Shown: piece by piece, positions 18,507 through 28,107 of the stretch | Layout of the letters: each line of letters begins with the position of its first letter | Numbering within the stretch: position 1 is the stretch's first letter | Assembly (NCBI GenBank): GCA_002429245.1 | Contig: DIZA01000002.1 | Span: 44,350 to 108,349, forward strand | Source of the DNA: Candidatus Saccharibacteria bacterium UBA6040 | Lineage (GTDB): Bacteria; Patescibacteriota; Saccharimonadia; Saccharimonadales; Saccharimonadaceae | Direction: 5' to 3' | Length of the DNA: 64,000 nt | Translations under genes and position numbers: made by a program | Notes under the pieces: model-generated | The model's input: the letters and a program-made list of their open reading frames with translations, nothing else | Database searches by the model: none | What the model was told of the DNA's origin: nothing

Positions 18507-19783
18507 AAGATACTTATTTTGATGCTTTAATGGCTGCTACACGACCAAAAAGCTACCACGCAAAGACGGATTTTACGGATAGAGTTATGACATCGATTCG
18601 TTCGCCTGAAATATTATCGTCGCAGTTTCGTAAAAAGAGTGTCAATAAAAAGGAGACACTATTTATGAAACTTCGTCATTTACCAAAGTTTGCTATCGTG
18701 GCTATCGCTATCGGTGCACTCTTGGTTGTATCAGGAAGCGCCTTTGCGGCGTATCAATTGTTGTGGCCAAAACCTGAGGTCCATGTTTCGCAGCCAACTA
18801 CTTCCGCAAGTGGTCGCAAGGAAGTCGCAATTTCATTTGCACAGTGTGGATCAACGACACTGGCATCTCACTACGAGTTAAAATCTAACGCGACGATAAC
18901 GATTGACGAGGTGCCGATGGTGTTGAAGGCGCACTGTGAACTTGATGCAATTGGGGCTTGGGCAGATACGACCTTTCCACATGATGGCCCAGGAATGGGA
19001 ATCGGTGCCGGTGGGGCAAGTATGACCGAACACGACTCAACTTATGTAAATGTCTCGCTCGCAACTCATGTGAAAGCGAAAGATGCGCAGTCCATTACCT
19101 TTGAAGGCCTGACGAAATATAATCAGACTGATACAACGATGACACCGACCTCAGCAACAAGGTATATTGCAGATGGTCGTGATGTTACGGCGGATGGGAT
19201 ACAGGTAGGAGATGCGGTAGCGTATGTGACGAGTAATGTGGCTCATTACACACCAAGTAGCACTTGTAATGCAACGACTTGTAGCATGACGGGAAAGCCA
19301 GTGAGCTCAACACTTGTTGCGGTCGTAAAGCTCGACCAACCTTTCCAATATTACGATCAATTGGCATGGCAATCACTCAGTGAAGTCACGGTATGTAGTG
19401 GTAACCCAGAAGATACCTGTACTGCTGGGTATGGTGGCGCGATTGATTTATATAACGGAAATGCCGTCTTTAAAGATAAAGGCGATCAAATGAAAGAAAT
19501 ACAAGGTGTCGTGACGCAGTTAAACGGTCCATCGACGGTGATTCGTTCGACATCAGGGACGCTCTTTACGATTGTGACTAATACCGACGTTGTGTCGACA
19601 TATAATACACAAAAAGCCGCTCAGTACTACAACAACCAGGTGGTCAAAATTGGAAGCACACTCTTTGTACGCTACGTCGAAAGTGCTGATCAACACAACC
19701 ATACGTTATACGCGGATCAGCTGAGTTCATTTCAGCTTAGCCTCGAACTTGTTGGGAAGAGTGATCTGCCAAAAGCCTACTAA
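18503..19783 (+). CDS. Putative anti-sigma factor (N-terminal cytoplasmic part, one TM helix, large Cys-containing extracellular domain)
   Basis: ATGA overlap with sigma stop, AAGGAG RBS, TM AIVAIAIGALLVVSGSAFAAY. Confidence 0.7.
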   Translation: MKDTYFDALMAATRPKSYHAKTDFTDRVMTSIRSPEILSSQFRKKSVNKKETLFMKLRHLPKFAIVAIAIGALLVVSGSAFAAYQLLWPKPEVHVSQPTTSASGRKEVAISFAQCGSTTLASHYELKSNATITIDEVPMVLKAHCELDAIGAWADTTFPHDGPGMGIGAGGASMTEHDSTYVNVSLATHVKAKDAQSITFEGLTKYNQTDTTMTPTSATRYIADGRDVTADGIQVGDAVAYVTSNVAHYTPSSTCNATTCSMTGKPVSSTLVAVVKLDQPFQYYDQLAWQSLSEVTVCSGNPEDTCTAGYGGAIDLYNGNAVFKDKGDQMKEIQGVVTQLNGPSTVIRSTSGTLFTIVTNTDVVSTYNTQKAAQYYNNQVVKIGSTLFVRYVESADQHNHTLYADQLSSFQLSLELVGKSDLPKAY

Positions 19784-19803
19784 CTTCCTGTATAGTAGAG
19801 GTA

Positions 19804-20886
19804 ATGCAACCCCTGATAAAACGACTGAATGAACTCCGCCTTCAAGTAGATGCCGCTTTGGCACGACTGGATATTGAAACCAAAAAAGGTGAGGTTGAAG
19901 CGCTTGAAGCGCAACTCGCCACACCTGAAATTTGGAATAATCCTTCCAATGCACAAAACTTGAGTAAACAACTCGCCGCCGTCAAATCGATGGTGGATCC
20001 GTGGCTGACGCTCCATGCGCAGACCAGCGACATGGTAGAACTGATGGACTTGGACGACGACAGTCTATTGGGTGAATTCGAAGGTCAGATTATCGCCCTT
20101 GAAAAAGAGTTTGCCAGCCTTCGAAAAGATCTACTATTCGACGGTGAATTCGACGATCACAATGCAATCCTGCGCCTCAGTGCCGGTGCTGGCGGAACCG
20201 ATGCACAAGACTGGACGGAGATGCTGGAACGCATGTATCTTCGTTGGGCAGAAAAGTCAGGCATGTCGGCATCAACCATTGAACGATCGGCAGGTGAAGA
20301 AGCTGGCGTAAAATCAGTCGTGATCGAAATTACAGGCGGATTTGCCTACGGGAAGTTACGGAGCGAAAACGGCGTACACCGCTTGGTGCGACTGAGTCCA
20401 TTTAACAGTGACAATCTTCGCCAGACCAGCTTTGCGCTTGTTGAAGTGCTGCCACAAATTGATCGTCCTGACGAACTCAAAATCGACGATAAAGACCTCA
20501 AAATTGATGTCTATCGTGCTGGTGGCCATGGTGGCCAGTCGGTTAATACGACCGATAGCGCTGTTCGCGTGACGCATATTCCAACAGGTATTGTCGTTGC
20601 GATTCAAAACGAACGCTCACAGCTACAGAACAAAGAGACAGCCATGAAGATTCTTCGCTCAAAGTTAGCGCAGATGCAACTTGATCAGCACACCAGTTCA
20701 ATTACAGAACTACAGGCAGGGGAGTCAGCCAATTGGGGGAGCCAAATTCGTAATTATGTCCTGCATCCATACACCCTCGTTAAAGACACTCGGACCAAGT
20801 TTGAGACCAACAACATCCAGGGCGTATTGGACGGTGACCTTGATCCGTTTATGGAAGCTTTTCTCGAAGCACCGACTAAGGACTAG
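19804..20886 (+). CDS. prfB: Peptide chain release factor 2 (single uninterrupted ORF)
   Basis: SPF anticodon motif (LVRLSPF), GGQ motif. Confidence 0.98.
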   Translation: MQPLIKRLNELRLQVDAALARLDIETKKGEVEALEAQLATPEIWNNPSNAQNLSKQLAAVKSMVDPWLTLHAQTSDMVELMDLDDDSLLGEFEGQIIALEKEFASLRKDLLFDGEFDDHNAILRLSAGAGGTDAQDWTEMLERMYLRWAEKSGMSASTIERSAGEEAGVKSVVIEITGGFAYGKLRSENGVHRLVRLSPFNSDNLRQTSFALVEVLPQIDRPDELKIDDKDLKIDVYRAGGHGGQSVNTTDSAVRVTHIPTGIVVAIQNERSQLQNKETAMKILRSKLAQMQLDQHTSSITELQAGESANWGSQIRNYVLHPYTLVKDTRTKFETNNIQGVLDGDLDPFMEAFLEAPTKD

Positions 20887-20891
20887 AACTC

Positions 20892-20920
20892 TTGAATAAT
20901 TCTGCCAACTATGGCATAAT
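20892..20920 (+). promoter_or_regulatory. Sigma70-like promoter of Clp-N module
   Basis: TTGAAT-17 bp-CATAAT. Confidence 0.55.
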
Positions 20921-21034
20921 ACGCTAATCGAAATGACAGTTTCGTGAAACTTTACATCACCTATCTATAGATACGGGGCCTTAAAACCTCGAAACAAACT
21001 CAGTTCTTTCACTACGACACATCTAGGAGCATCA

Positions 21035-21496
21035 ATGGACTTTCTCCAGCTTTCCCCAGTTATCGAACAGGCTCACAAGCACGCGGGCTTCGAGGCTGGC
21101 GCGCTCAATCATGAGCTGCGAGAGCCGGGACATCTGCTACTTGGGATCTTGAAGATCCTGGGAAGCAATAACACCGCAAGAACCGCTCTGACGAGCTACG
21201 GGATTACCTATGAGGTGGTCTTCAAAGCCGTCGGAGGCTGGTACAAATCGGCTGAGACTTCAAGTAGTTTCGTCGAGCTGGACAGCCCGGACACGATCGA
21301 TGTGTTGCTCCTCACAGATCAGCTGGCGCAACAGGACGGGGATCACATCGCATATCAGCGACTCGACCACCTCCTGCGCGTACTCATTGAGCACGACATC
21401 GACAACCGAATCAGGGTCCTCCTGACCAATGCCGGCATTTACTACGGGGATATGCTTTGGCGCCTCGACATCGAAGTCGCGAACAGTTCGAACTGA
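21035..21496 (+). CDS. Stand-alone Clp repeat (N-terminal) domain-like protein
   Basis: AGALNHELREPGHLLLGIL and a second LDHLLRVLI repeat; AGGAG RBS. Confidence 0.7.
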   Translation: MDFLQLSPVIEQAHKHAGFEAGALNHELREPGHLLLGILKILGSNNTARTALTSYGITYEVVFKAVGGWYKSAETSSSFVELDSPDTIDVLLLTDQLAQQDGDHIAYQRLDHLLRVLIEHDIDNRIRVLLTNAGIYYGDMLWRLDIEVANSSN

Positions 21497-21553
21497 GTTC
21501 ACCCTGGGGAAGGGCCTGCCGTACAAACGGTACGGTCCTTCCCTGGGTAACTC
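21495..21553 (+). terminator. Long imperfect hairpin after Clp-N gene
   Basis: GAGTTCACCCTGGGGAAGG...CCTTCCCTGGGTAACTC with inner CCGTAC/GTACGG, then AACTTTT. Confidence 0.7.
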
Positions 21554-21624
21554 AACTTTTGAGACCTTGTATCTATTGATATCTCCATTTCGGAGGTAGT
21601 GTTTATGCTATACTAACTACAGAA

Positions 21625-22308
21625 ATGATTCTGTTAGATAGGGTAACAAAGACATACGGAAAGGACACAGCACCGGCATTAAGTCGGCTGAGTCTCTTTA
21701 TTGAACCACGAGAATTCGTGATTATTGTTGGTGCCTCTGGAGCAGGGAAATCAACGCTCTTAAAACTCCTCACGCGTGAAGAGAAACCAACCAGTGGCAA
21801 GATCGTTGTTGGTGGTATTGACTACGACACGCTCAAAGATAGCCAAATTCCAATGCTTCGTCGCAAGATCGGTGTTGTTTTTCAGGACTTTAAACTTTTG
21901 CCACAACGAACGGTGTTCGAAAACATCGCTTTTGCCCTTGAGATCGCTGGTATGACTGGCCGCGAAATTAAGAATACCGTACCAAAGGTGATTGACTTGG
22001 TCGGGCTATCTGGCAAAGAAAAGAACTTCCCAAGTCAGCTTTCTGGTGGTGAACGACAGCGTGTTGCGATTGCTCGCGCGGTGGTTCGTCAACCAAAAAT
22101 TCTCATCGCCGATGAGCCAACGGGAAACCTTGACCCAAAGCACTCTTGGGACATTGTAAGACTTTTGGAGAAAATCAATAAGTACGGCACTACAGTCCTC
22201 TTGACGACGCACAATGCGGAGATCGTGAACAAGCTGAAACGGCGAGTCATCACGATTGAAGGCGGCAAAATTACTGGTGACCAGGCCGAAGGAAGTTATC
22301 GTCAGTAG
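21625..22308 (+). CDS. ftsE: Cell division ATP-binding protein FtsE
   Basis: GASGAGKST, RRKIGVVFQDFKLL, LSGGERQRVAIARA; adjacent to ftsX. Confidence 0.97.
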   Translation: MILLDRVTKTYGKDTAPALSRLSLFIEPREFVIIVGASGAGKSTLLKLLTREEKPTSGKIVVGGIDYDTLKDSQIPMLRRKIGVVFQDFKLLPQRTVFENIAFALEIAGMTGREIKNTVPKVIDLVGLSGKEKNFPSQLSGGERQRVAIARAVVRQPKILIADEPTGNLDPKHSWDIVRLLEKINKYGTTVLLTTHNAEIVNKLKRRVITIEGGKITGDQAEGSYRQ

Positions 22309-22325
22309 GGCGCAAAGGAATAGAT

Positions 22326-23309
22326 ATGGCTAAGGGAAAAAAGAAACTCGACTCAAAAACCTACGCGAAGCAGAAGCGTCACCACCGACAGTGGACGACG
22401 TTCATGCGCATGATCCGTTACGGTGTTAATAATTTTACCCGTAATGCATGGCTAACGATTGCCGCCACGGCAATTATGACGATCACACTGCTTGTGATCT
22501 TTACGAGCGTTGTTTCACGTAATGTCCTTATTGATACGCTGACAAACCTTCGTGATAACGTCAGCATGTCGATTTATCTTAAGACTGAAACGACGCAGGA
22601 TGACGCAAGCAAGATTGCAAATGAACTCCGCAAAGAGTCGAGTGTCATTACGGTTGCTGTTGTCACGCCAGAACAAGCCCGTGACAAATATATTGAACAA
22701 AACAAAGTTGATCCACAGTCACTTGATGTTTTGAAACAAGCGACGAATAAATTCCCATGGACGCTTGATATTAAAGTCCAAGATATTAACGATACGAAAC
22801 AATTATCTGATTTCGTGAAGACGAATGAAACATATAAAGCCAATGCCGATCCAGATCACGCACCATCCTTCGCGGGAACACGGAGGGCAACGATTGAATC
22901 AATCGGAAATGCGGCCAACTTTGCGCAAAAGATCGGTATCGTGGTGAGCGCTGTTTTCGTAGTTGTCTCAACTTTGATTATCTTTAATACGATTCGTATG
23001 GCGATCTTTAACCGACGCGAAGAAATTCAAATGATGAAACTCATTGGCGCTGAACGATCCTTTATTCGTGGTCCATTCGTGGTAGAAGCAATCGTGTACG
23101 GCTTCTTCGCGGCATTGATTGCGACAGTGATTGGTGGGGGAATGTTACTCCTTGCCGCACCGTCGCTATCGAACTACTTCAATATTCAGCCGACGATTGA
23201 CGGACTGACATTATATGCGGGATTTGTCTTGCTTGCTATGATTCTGATCGGCGCGTTTATCGGCATTATTTCGTCCCTCATGGCGACCCGTCGTTACCTC
23301 AAGCTGTAG
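22326..23309 (+). CDS. ftsX: Cell division permease FtsX
   Basis: FNTIRMAIFNRREEIQMMKLIGA, FIRGPFVVEA. Confidence 0.96.
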   Translation: MAKGKKKLDSKTYAKQKRHHRQWTTFMRMIRYGVNNFTRNAWLTIAATAIMTITLLVIFTSVVSRNVLIDTLTNLRDNVSMSIYLKTETTQDDASKIANELRKESSVITVAVVTPEQARDKYIEQNKVDPQSLDVLKQATNKFPWTLDIKVQDINDTKQLSDFVKTNETYKANADPDHAPSFAGTRRATIESIGNAANFAQKIGIVVSAVFVVVSTLIIFNTIRMAIFNRREEIQMMKLIGAERSFIRGPFVVEAIVYGFFAALIATVIGGGMLLLAAPSLSNYFNIQPTIDGLTLYAGFVLLAMILIGAFIGIISSLMATRRYLKL

Positions 23310-23363
23310 GCCAGCTGAGAGAGGTTGACTAAGCTTCTCGCTTATGCTAAAGTTGGAGCAGGT

Positions 23364-24536
23364 ATGAAACTGCGCACCACCACACCAGTCTCAATTTCTC
23401 GAATATCTAAGGGTATCTTGCTTGTTGCTATCTCGGCATTAATGGTTGTTGGAACGATTCCAATCGTTAAACCTGCCGCAGCCGACCAGTATGATGACAA
23501 GATCGCCGCACTGACGGCCGACATGGCGCAGTACCAAGCGCAAGCTGACGCATTGAATGCACAGGCGAACACCCTCGCAAACGCCGTTGCCCAACTCGAC
23601 AACGAACGGAGTGCGCTCCAATCACAAATCGACTTGAACCAAGCGCAGTCTGACAAGCTTGTCGTTAGTATTGCGGACACGACGAAACAGATTAAGGACA
23701 ATCAGGACGCACTCGGAAAAACGATTGCCGATCTCTATATCGATGACGACACATCACCAATTGAACTACTCGCAAGCAGCACTAATATCGGTGATTTCCT
23801 CAACAAGCAAGAGTACCGAACTTCTGTAAAGAACCAATTGAATGACACGATCGTCAAAGTGAAAGCTTTAAAGGTCCAACTTGATACTCAGAAATCCGAT
23901 CTTGATAAAGTACTGGCTCAACAAAAAGATGCTCGTGACACATTAGTCGCAAAGCAGAATGAACAGCAAGCGCTGTTGAACCAAACGCAGAGTAACGAAG
24001 CGAACTACCAGACGATGATCCAAAGCAACTCTGCGCAAATTGCCGCAGCGAAAGCAACTCAAGCAGCCCTACGTGCTCGATCCAATGCAACCGGTGGCTA
24101 CACATTAGTTGACGGCGGTTCTTTGCCAGACTACCCATGGAACAGTTCAAACTGTCCAATGTCTGGCTACATGTCAACCGAAGGGTCTGACGGTAACGGT
24201 GGTGATGGTCATGGCTATGGCTGCCGTCAATGTGTCAGCTACGTTGCATACCGTGTTGCGAAGGCAACAGGCGTGTACTACAACGACCTCGGTAACGGTG
24301 GGCAGACTGCGCAAAACCTCGTCAGTAAGCATGGTTGGACGAACCTTGGCAGCACTCCAGAGGCCGGCTCGGTTGCGTCACTGTGGGGAAACCCAGGACA
24401 CACCGCATATGTCGAAGCAGTTGACGGTGGAAAGATCCTTGTTACTCAATATAACTACGACTACGGTACTGGATACGGTATGTATAGCGAAATGTGGTTA
24501 TCTGCTAACTTCTTTAACCAATACGTAAAACCTTAA
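23364..24536 (+). CDS. Secreted coiled-coil + CHAP murein hydrolase (PcsB/CwlO-like)
   Basis: Signal peptide, long coiled coil, C-terminal CRQCVSYV...PGHTAYVE; follows ftsEX. Confidence 0.88.
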   Translation: MKLRTTTPVSISRISKGILLVAISALMVVGTIPIVKPAAADQYDDKIAALTADMAQYQAQADALNAQANTLANAVAQLDNERSALQSQIDLNQAQSDKLVVSIADTTKQIKDNQDALGKTIADLYIDDDTSPIELLASSTNIGDFLNKQEYRTSVKNQLNDTIVKVKALKVQLDTQKSDLDKVLAQQKDARDTLVAKQNEQQALLNQTQSNEANYQTMIQSNSAQIAAAKATQAALRARSNATGGYTLVDGGSLPDYPWNSSNCPMSGYMSTEGSDGNGGDGHGYGCRQCVSYVAYRVAKATGVYYNDLGNGGQTAQNLVSKHGWTNLGSTPEAGSVASLWGNPGHTAYVEAVDGGKILVTQYNYDYGTGYGMYSEMWLSANFFNQYVKP

Positions 24537-24564
24537 AAATAATTTCTTAAGCAAAGCATAACTT

Positions 24565-24596
24565 TTATAGCGTACTCTTGGTCAGGTACGCTATAA
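24565..24596. repeat. Perfect 11-bp inverted repeat overlapping the ctpA -10 box
   Basis: TTATAGCGTAC-N10-GTACGCTATAA; TATAAT at 24592-24597. Confidence 0.85.
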
Positions 24597-24631
24597 TTGT
24601 ATGAAGAAATCAACAAGGGGAGTTACACTAC

Positions 24632-25852
24632 ATGGCCGATCATCTACCAAAATTACGACGTGTCCGAAAGGATAACGAACGTCGCATTCCACCAGCTGTT
24701 TTAACGATCGGACTTGTCTTTGTCGTTGGCCTCGGCTACATCGCAGGAACGTTTAATAACCAGATCGTCAGCATGATTGCGCCCGCTTTTGGGATTAAGT
24801 CATCATCGGCGACACTCGACCTCTCAAGCCTGCAGACAACGTACCAGGCCTTAAAAGCGAACTACGATGGCACGCTTGATGACTCAAAGTTGATTGAAGC
24901 TGCGAATAAGGGCATGGTGGATTCACTAGGTGACCAATACACAGTCTTCTTTAATAAAACTGAAGCAGCTAGCTTTAACAATGACCTGACCGGAACTATC
25001 GGTGGGGGAATTGGCGTTGAATTAAGCCTTCGTAACGGCCAGATCACAGTTGTTCGTGTCCTAGCCGACAACCCAGCTGAAAAAGCAGGCGTTGCCGTCG
25101 GTGATGTGATTGCAAAGGTGAACGATGAAGTAATTCCTTCGACGATGACTATCGATAGTGTTGTGACGAAGATCCGTGGTGACGCAGGGACGACCGTCAA
25201 AATTACCGTGACTCGCGGAACTGATATGAAAGACTTCACGATTACTCGTGCAGAAGTGACGAACCCAAGCGTGTATAGCTCAGTTCAAGATGGTATCGGC
25301 ATCATGACCATTACTCGATTTGATGATCAAACAGGACAGCTCGCACGAGCTGCCGCACAGAGCTTCAAGAGCCAGAACGTAAAGTCGGTCATTCTCGACC
25401 TTCGTGGCAACGGTGGCGGCTATCTGACGGCTGCACAGGACGTTGTTGGCATTTGGGAGAACAACAAGACGGTAGTAACCGAAAAAACCAACGGTAAGGT
25501 CGTTGATGAGCTTAAATCAGGGACTGACCCAATCCTTGGCGGCATCCCAACGGTTGTTCTAGTCAACTCAAGCACTGCCAGTGCAAGTGAAATTACTGCG
25601 GGCGCATTGCAGGATTACGGGACTGCAAAACTTGTCGGTGAAACAACATTTGGAAAGGGAGTAGTGCAAAAACTCGTTAACCTTCCTGAAGGTGCGGTCC
25701 TCAAAGTGACCATTGCGAAATGGTACACTCCGAACGGTAAGAACATCTCAAAGCAAGGTATTGCACCGGATAAGGCAGTCCAACTGACAACCGACGATAT
25801 CAATGCCGGACGTGACCCGCAACTTGACGCAGCAAAGGCGTTGTTACAGTAG
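24632..25852 (+). CDS. S41 carboxy-terminal processing protease (CtpA/Prc-like)
   Basis: PDZ domain, ILDLRGNGGG, TASASEI, TFGKG. Confidence 0.95.
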   Translation: MADHLPKLRRVRKDNERRIPPAVLTIGLVFVVGLGYIAGTFNNQIVSMIAPAFGIKSSSATLDLSSLQTTYQALKANYDGTLDDSKLIEAANKGMVDSLGDQYTVFFNKTEAASFNNDLTGTIGGGIGVELSLRNGQITVVRVLADNPAEKAGVAVGDVIAKVNDEVIPSTMTIDSVVTKIRGDAGTTVKITVTRGTDMKDFTITRAEVTNPSVYSSVQDGIGIMTITRFDDQTGQLARAAAQSFKSQNVKSVILDLRGNGGGYLTAAQDVVGIWENNKTVVTEKTNGKVVDELKSGTDPILGGIPTVVLVNSSTASASEITAGALQDYGTAKLVGETTFGKGVVQKLVNLPEGAVLKVTIAKWYTPNGKNISKQGIAPDKAVQLTTDDINAGRDPQLDAAKALLQ

Positions 25853-25896
25853 AGGCAACACGGAAAAGCACACTGCTTGTGCTTTTCTTTGCCTCT
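25851..25896 (+). terminator. Long hairpin after S41 protease
   Basis: AGAGGCAA/TTGCCTCT plus GAAAAGCACA/TGTGCTTTTC. Confidence 0.7.
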
Positions 25897-25915
25897 GTAG
25901 TACAATTGAACCAAT

Positions 25916-26314
25916 ATGGATACAAAGAAAAAAATCCTCCTTGTCGAAGATGACGAAGCACTGGCCTCAGTCTACAAGTCTCGCCTTGATATCGAAGGCT
26001 TCGAAACCAGGGGTGTCTTCAATGGCGAAGATGCGTTATCTGCAGCCATGGACTTTAAGCCTGACCTTATCTTGCTCGATGCGATGATGCCAAAGATTAG
26101 CGGATTTGATGTCCTTGATATCCTTCGTAACACTCCTGAGACATCTCAGACTCGCGTCATTATGTTGACCGCACTCAGCCAGCCAAAAGACAAAGAGCGT
26201 GCCGAAGCACTTGGTGTTAACGATTACCTCGTGAAATCACAAGTCGTCATCGGTGACGTTATTGAACGCGTCAAGTTCCACCTTGGCATGCTTGCCGAAA
26301 AACCAACAGAATAG
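25916..26314 (+). CDS. Single-domain response regulator
   Basis: ILLVEDD, LILLDAMMPKISG, YLVK. Confidence 0.95.
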   Translation: MDTKKKILLVEDDEALASVYKSRLDIEGFETRGVFNGEDALSAAMDFKPDLILLDAMMPKISGFDVLDILRNTPETSQTRVIMLTALSQPKDKERAEALGVNDYLVKSQVVIGDVIERVKFHLGMLAEKPTE

Positions 26315-26325
26315 GAGAAACCGCC

Positions 26326-26556
26326 ATGAGCCCTGAATCATTTAGTCCTAAAGCCACAGTCGCCGCTGAAAGCATTATTGGTCCGCTACCAACAGCAACG
26401 GCCGAGCAACTCGCCGCCGCCGAAGCAGGTATAAAGGCAGCAGGTTCTTATGAAGCTCCTCAACAAAAGCCCACTGAGCCACTGCAGGATCCAAATCTCA
26501 ATGAACATACTCAGAACGTGCATATAACAACTATTATTGCTCAACCTCCTAAATAG
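26326..26556 (+). CDS. Hypothetical protein (76 aa), possibly the 5' part of a frameshifted gene
   Basis: AGGAG RBS; frames overlap with the next ORF. Confidence 0.5.
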   Translation: MSPESFSPKATVAAESIIGPLPTATAEQLAAAEAGIKAAGSYEAPQQKPTEPLQDPNLNEHTQNVHITTIIAQPPK

Positions 26557-26563
26557 CACCCTC

Positions 26564-27628
26564 ATGCCTGAAGCACTACCTGACGAACTTGAAAAAGGTC
26601 CCGAAACTGCAAAATCAGTTAGTTTAACTGGTGCAGAGAATCTTCAGATGTTCATGGGCGATCCTGAGAGTTCTGAGACGAAAGCTATCATGGAAGCGCA
26701 TGGTATTGCTTTTGGTGACACTGTCGTTGTGAACGTTGAAGGCCAGAAGCCTATGGTGGTCAAAGCGGACAAGGAAGATTTCTGGACGCGTGATAAGGCA
26801 GCTTCTGAAGTGATTGCCGCAACGGTTGAGGTTTCAGAGCCCCAACCAACAGAGCTTCACGAGACGGCTAGCCTTGCCAAGATGATGATGGGTGAAACCG
26901 CACCAGACGCTGTCGAGAAGCATGAAGAACTCGTTGCCGATGCAATTGAGCCACTTGGTGAGGAGGCACTTGAGGTGACACTTGTGAATGCCGAGGCATT
27001 TGCCGAAGAGGTACCATCTGAGGGGGCTACGCCTGTAGTTGAAAACAAATCAGAGACGCCACCAAAAGAAGAACTTATTCCCGAAAAGGACGCAAACCTT
27101 GCAGGCTCGGTGGTGAACAAGATGGCAACAATGGCAGAGTCGTATCGTGACGGCTTTGAACCTGGCGAGGGCGATCATTTGCAGGCTCGGTTCATTAAAG
27201 GTGTCGCACATGACATGACAGAGATGCTACAGAAAAGTGAGCTTGGCGCTGAAGCCTATGCATTTGTGATGGGCTCACTGATTGGTGGACTTAAAGAACA
27301 GGGTTCGATGCAGGAAGTTGCACAGCTCATGCATACTTCGGGTGACTTTTCGGAGGAAGACATAAATAGGGTTCACGATCACTTTTATGCGCTTGATAGA
27401 ATTGGGAGAGAAGCTGGTCCGGACGCTGATAGCAGAAGGAGTCGGTATATATTTGACCTTGAGCAAGAGGCTAATTCGATGATTGAGCATAACGGAAACG
27501 TGCCGGATAAAGTCGCACTCAGCACCCTGGGTATTATCGCCGGCCTGACGACACACATGCAAAGTCAGTATGATGGTGGCATGAAACGATATGGACTCAT
27601 GGAGTACGTCGCAAAGATGAAAAAATAA
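26564..27628 (+). CDS. Acidic hypothetical protein
   Basis: Long ORF (track start 26537 TTG; first ATG 26564), Glu-rich; no recognised family. Confidence 0.75.
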   Translation: MPEALPDELEKGPETAKSVSLTGAENLQMFMGDPESSETKAIMEAHGIAFGDTVVVNVEGQKPMVVKADKEDFWTRDKAASEVIAATVEVSEPQPTELHETASLAKMMMGETAPDAVEKHEELVADAIEPLGEEALEVTLVNAEAFAEEVPSEGATPVVENKSETPPKEELIPEKDANLAGSVVNKMATMAESYRDGFEPGEGDHLQARFIKGVAHDMTEMLQKSELGAEAYAFVMGSLIGGLKEQGSMQEVAQLMHTSGDFSEEDINRVHDHFYALDRIGREAGPDADSRRSRYIFDLEQEANSMIEHNGNVPDKVALSTLGIIAGLTTHMQSQYDGGMKRYGLMEYVAKMKK

Positions 27629-27653
27629 CCTCCGTATCAACGGAGGTTATTTT
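27622..27653. terminator. Bidirectional terminator between convergent genes
   Basis: Perfect AAAATAACCTCCGT-ATCA-ACGGAGGTTATTTT. Confidence 0.9.
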
Positions 27654-27669
27654 ATATGTCGGCGAGTTA

Positions 27670-27942
27670 TTAAATAACGCTGACTTCGGTTCGTTGTGCA
27701 GTTTTACCTGTGAAACGAGTTTTCTTAATTTTAGAGAAGGTAACAATACCGTCTTTTGCAGCGTGGATAGTGAAGTTACGGCTGATAAATGTACCAGGTC
27801 CAGAAACTTTAGTGCTACCAGTCTGACGAACAAGAATTTCGCCAGTATTTACTGTTTGGCCACCAAAGCGTTTCACACCAAGACGTTGTCCGGCATTGTT
27901 GCGGTTATTTTTACTTGAACCACCAGCTTTTACGTGTGACAT
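27670..27942 (-). CDS. rpmA: 50S ribosomal protein L27
   Basis: MSHVKAGGSSKNNR...RLGVKRFGGQ...ILVRQ. Confidence 0.97.
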   Translation of the reverse strand: MSHVKAGGSSKNNRNNAGQRLGVKRFGGQTVNTGEILVRQTGSTKVSGPGTFISRNFTIHAAKDGIVTFSKIKKTRFTGKTAQRTEVSVI

Positions 27943-27996
27943 ATATTATTTCTCCTTATGGCGAGGCTCTTTTGCTTCGCTCATTCAATCTGTTCA

Positions 27997-28025
27997 ATTT
28001 TACTCGAAAACAGGGGAATAGTCAA
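27997..28025 (-). promoter_or_regulatory. Sigma70 promoter of rpmA
   Basis: TTGACT-17 bp-TAAAAT on the - strand. Confidence 0.7.
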
Positions 28026-28107
28026 GGGGTTGGCTGGAGGGTTTATGTTTAGCTCGTTCCGTCGGGGCTTAATAAGAAGTTAATGATTGGTGTGCTACAA
28101 TCGAGGG

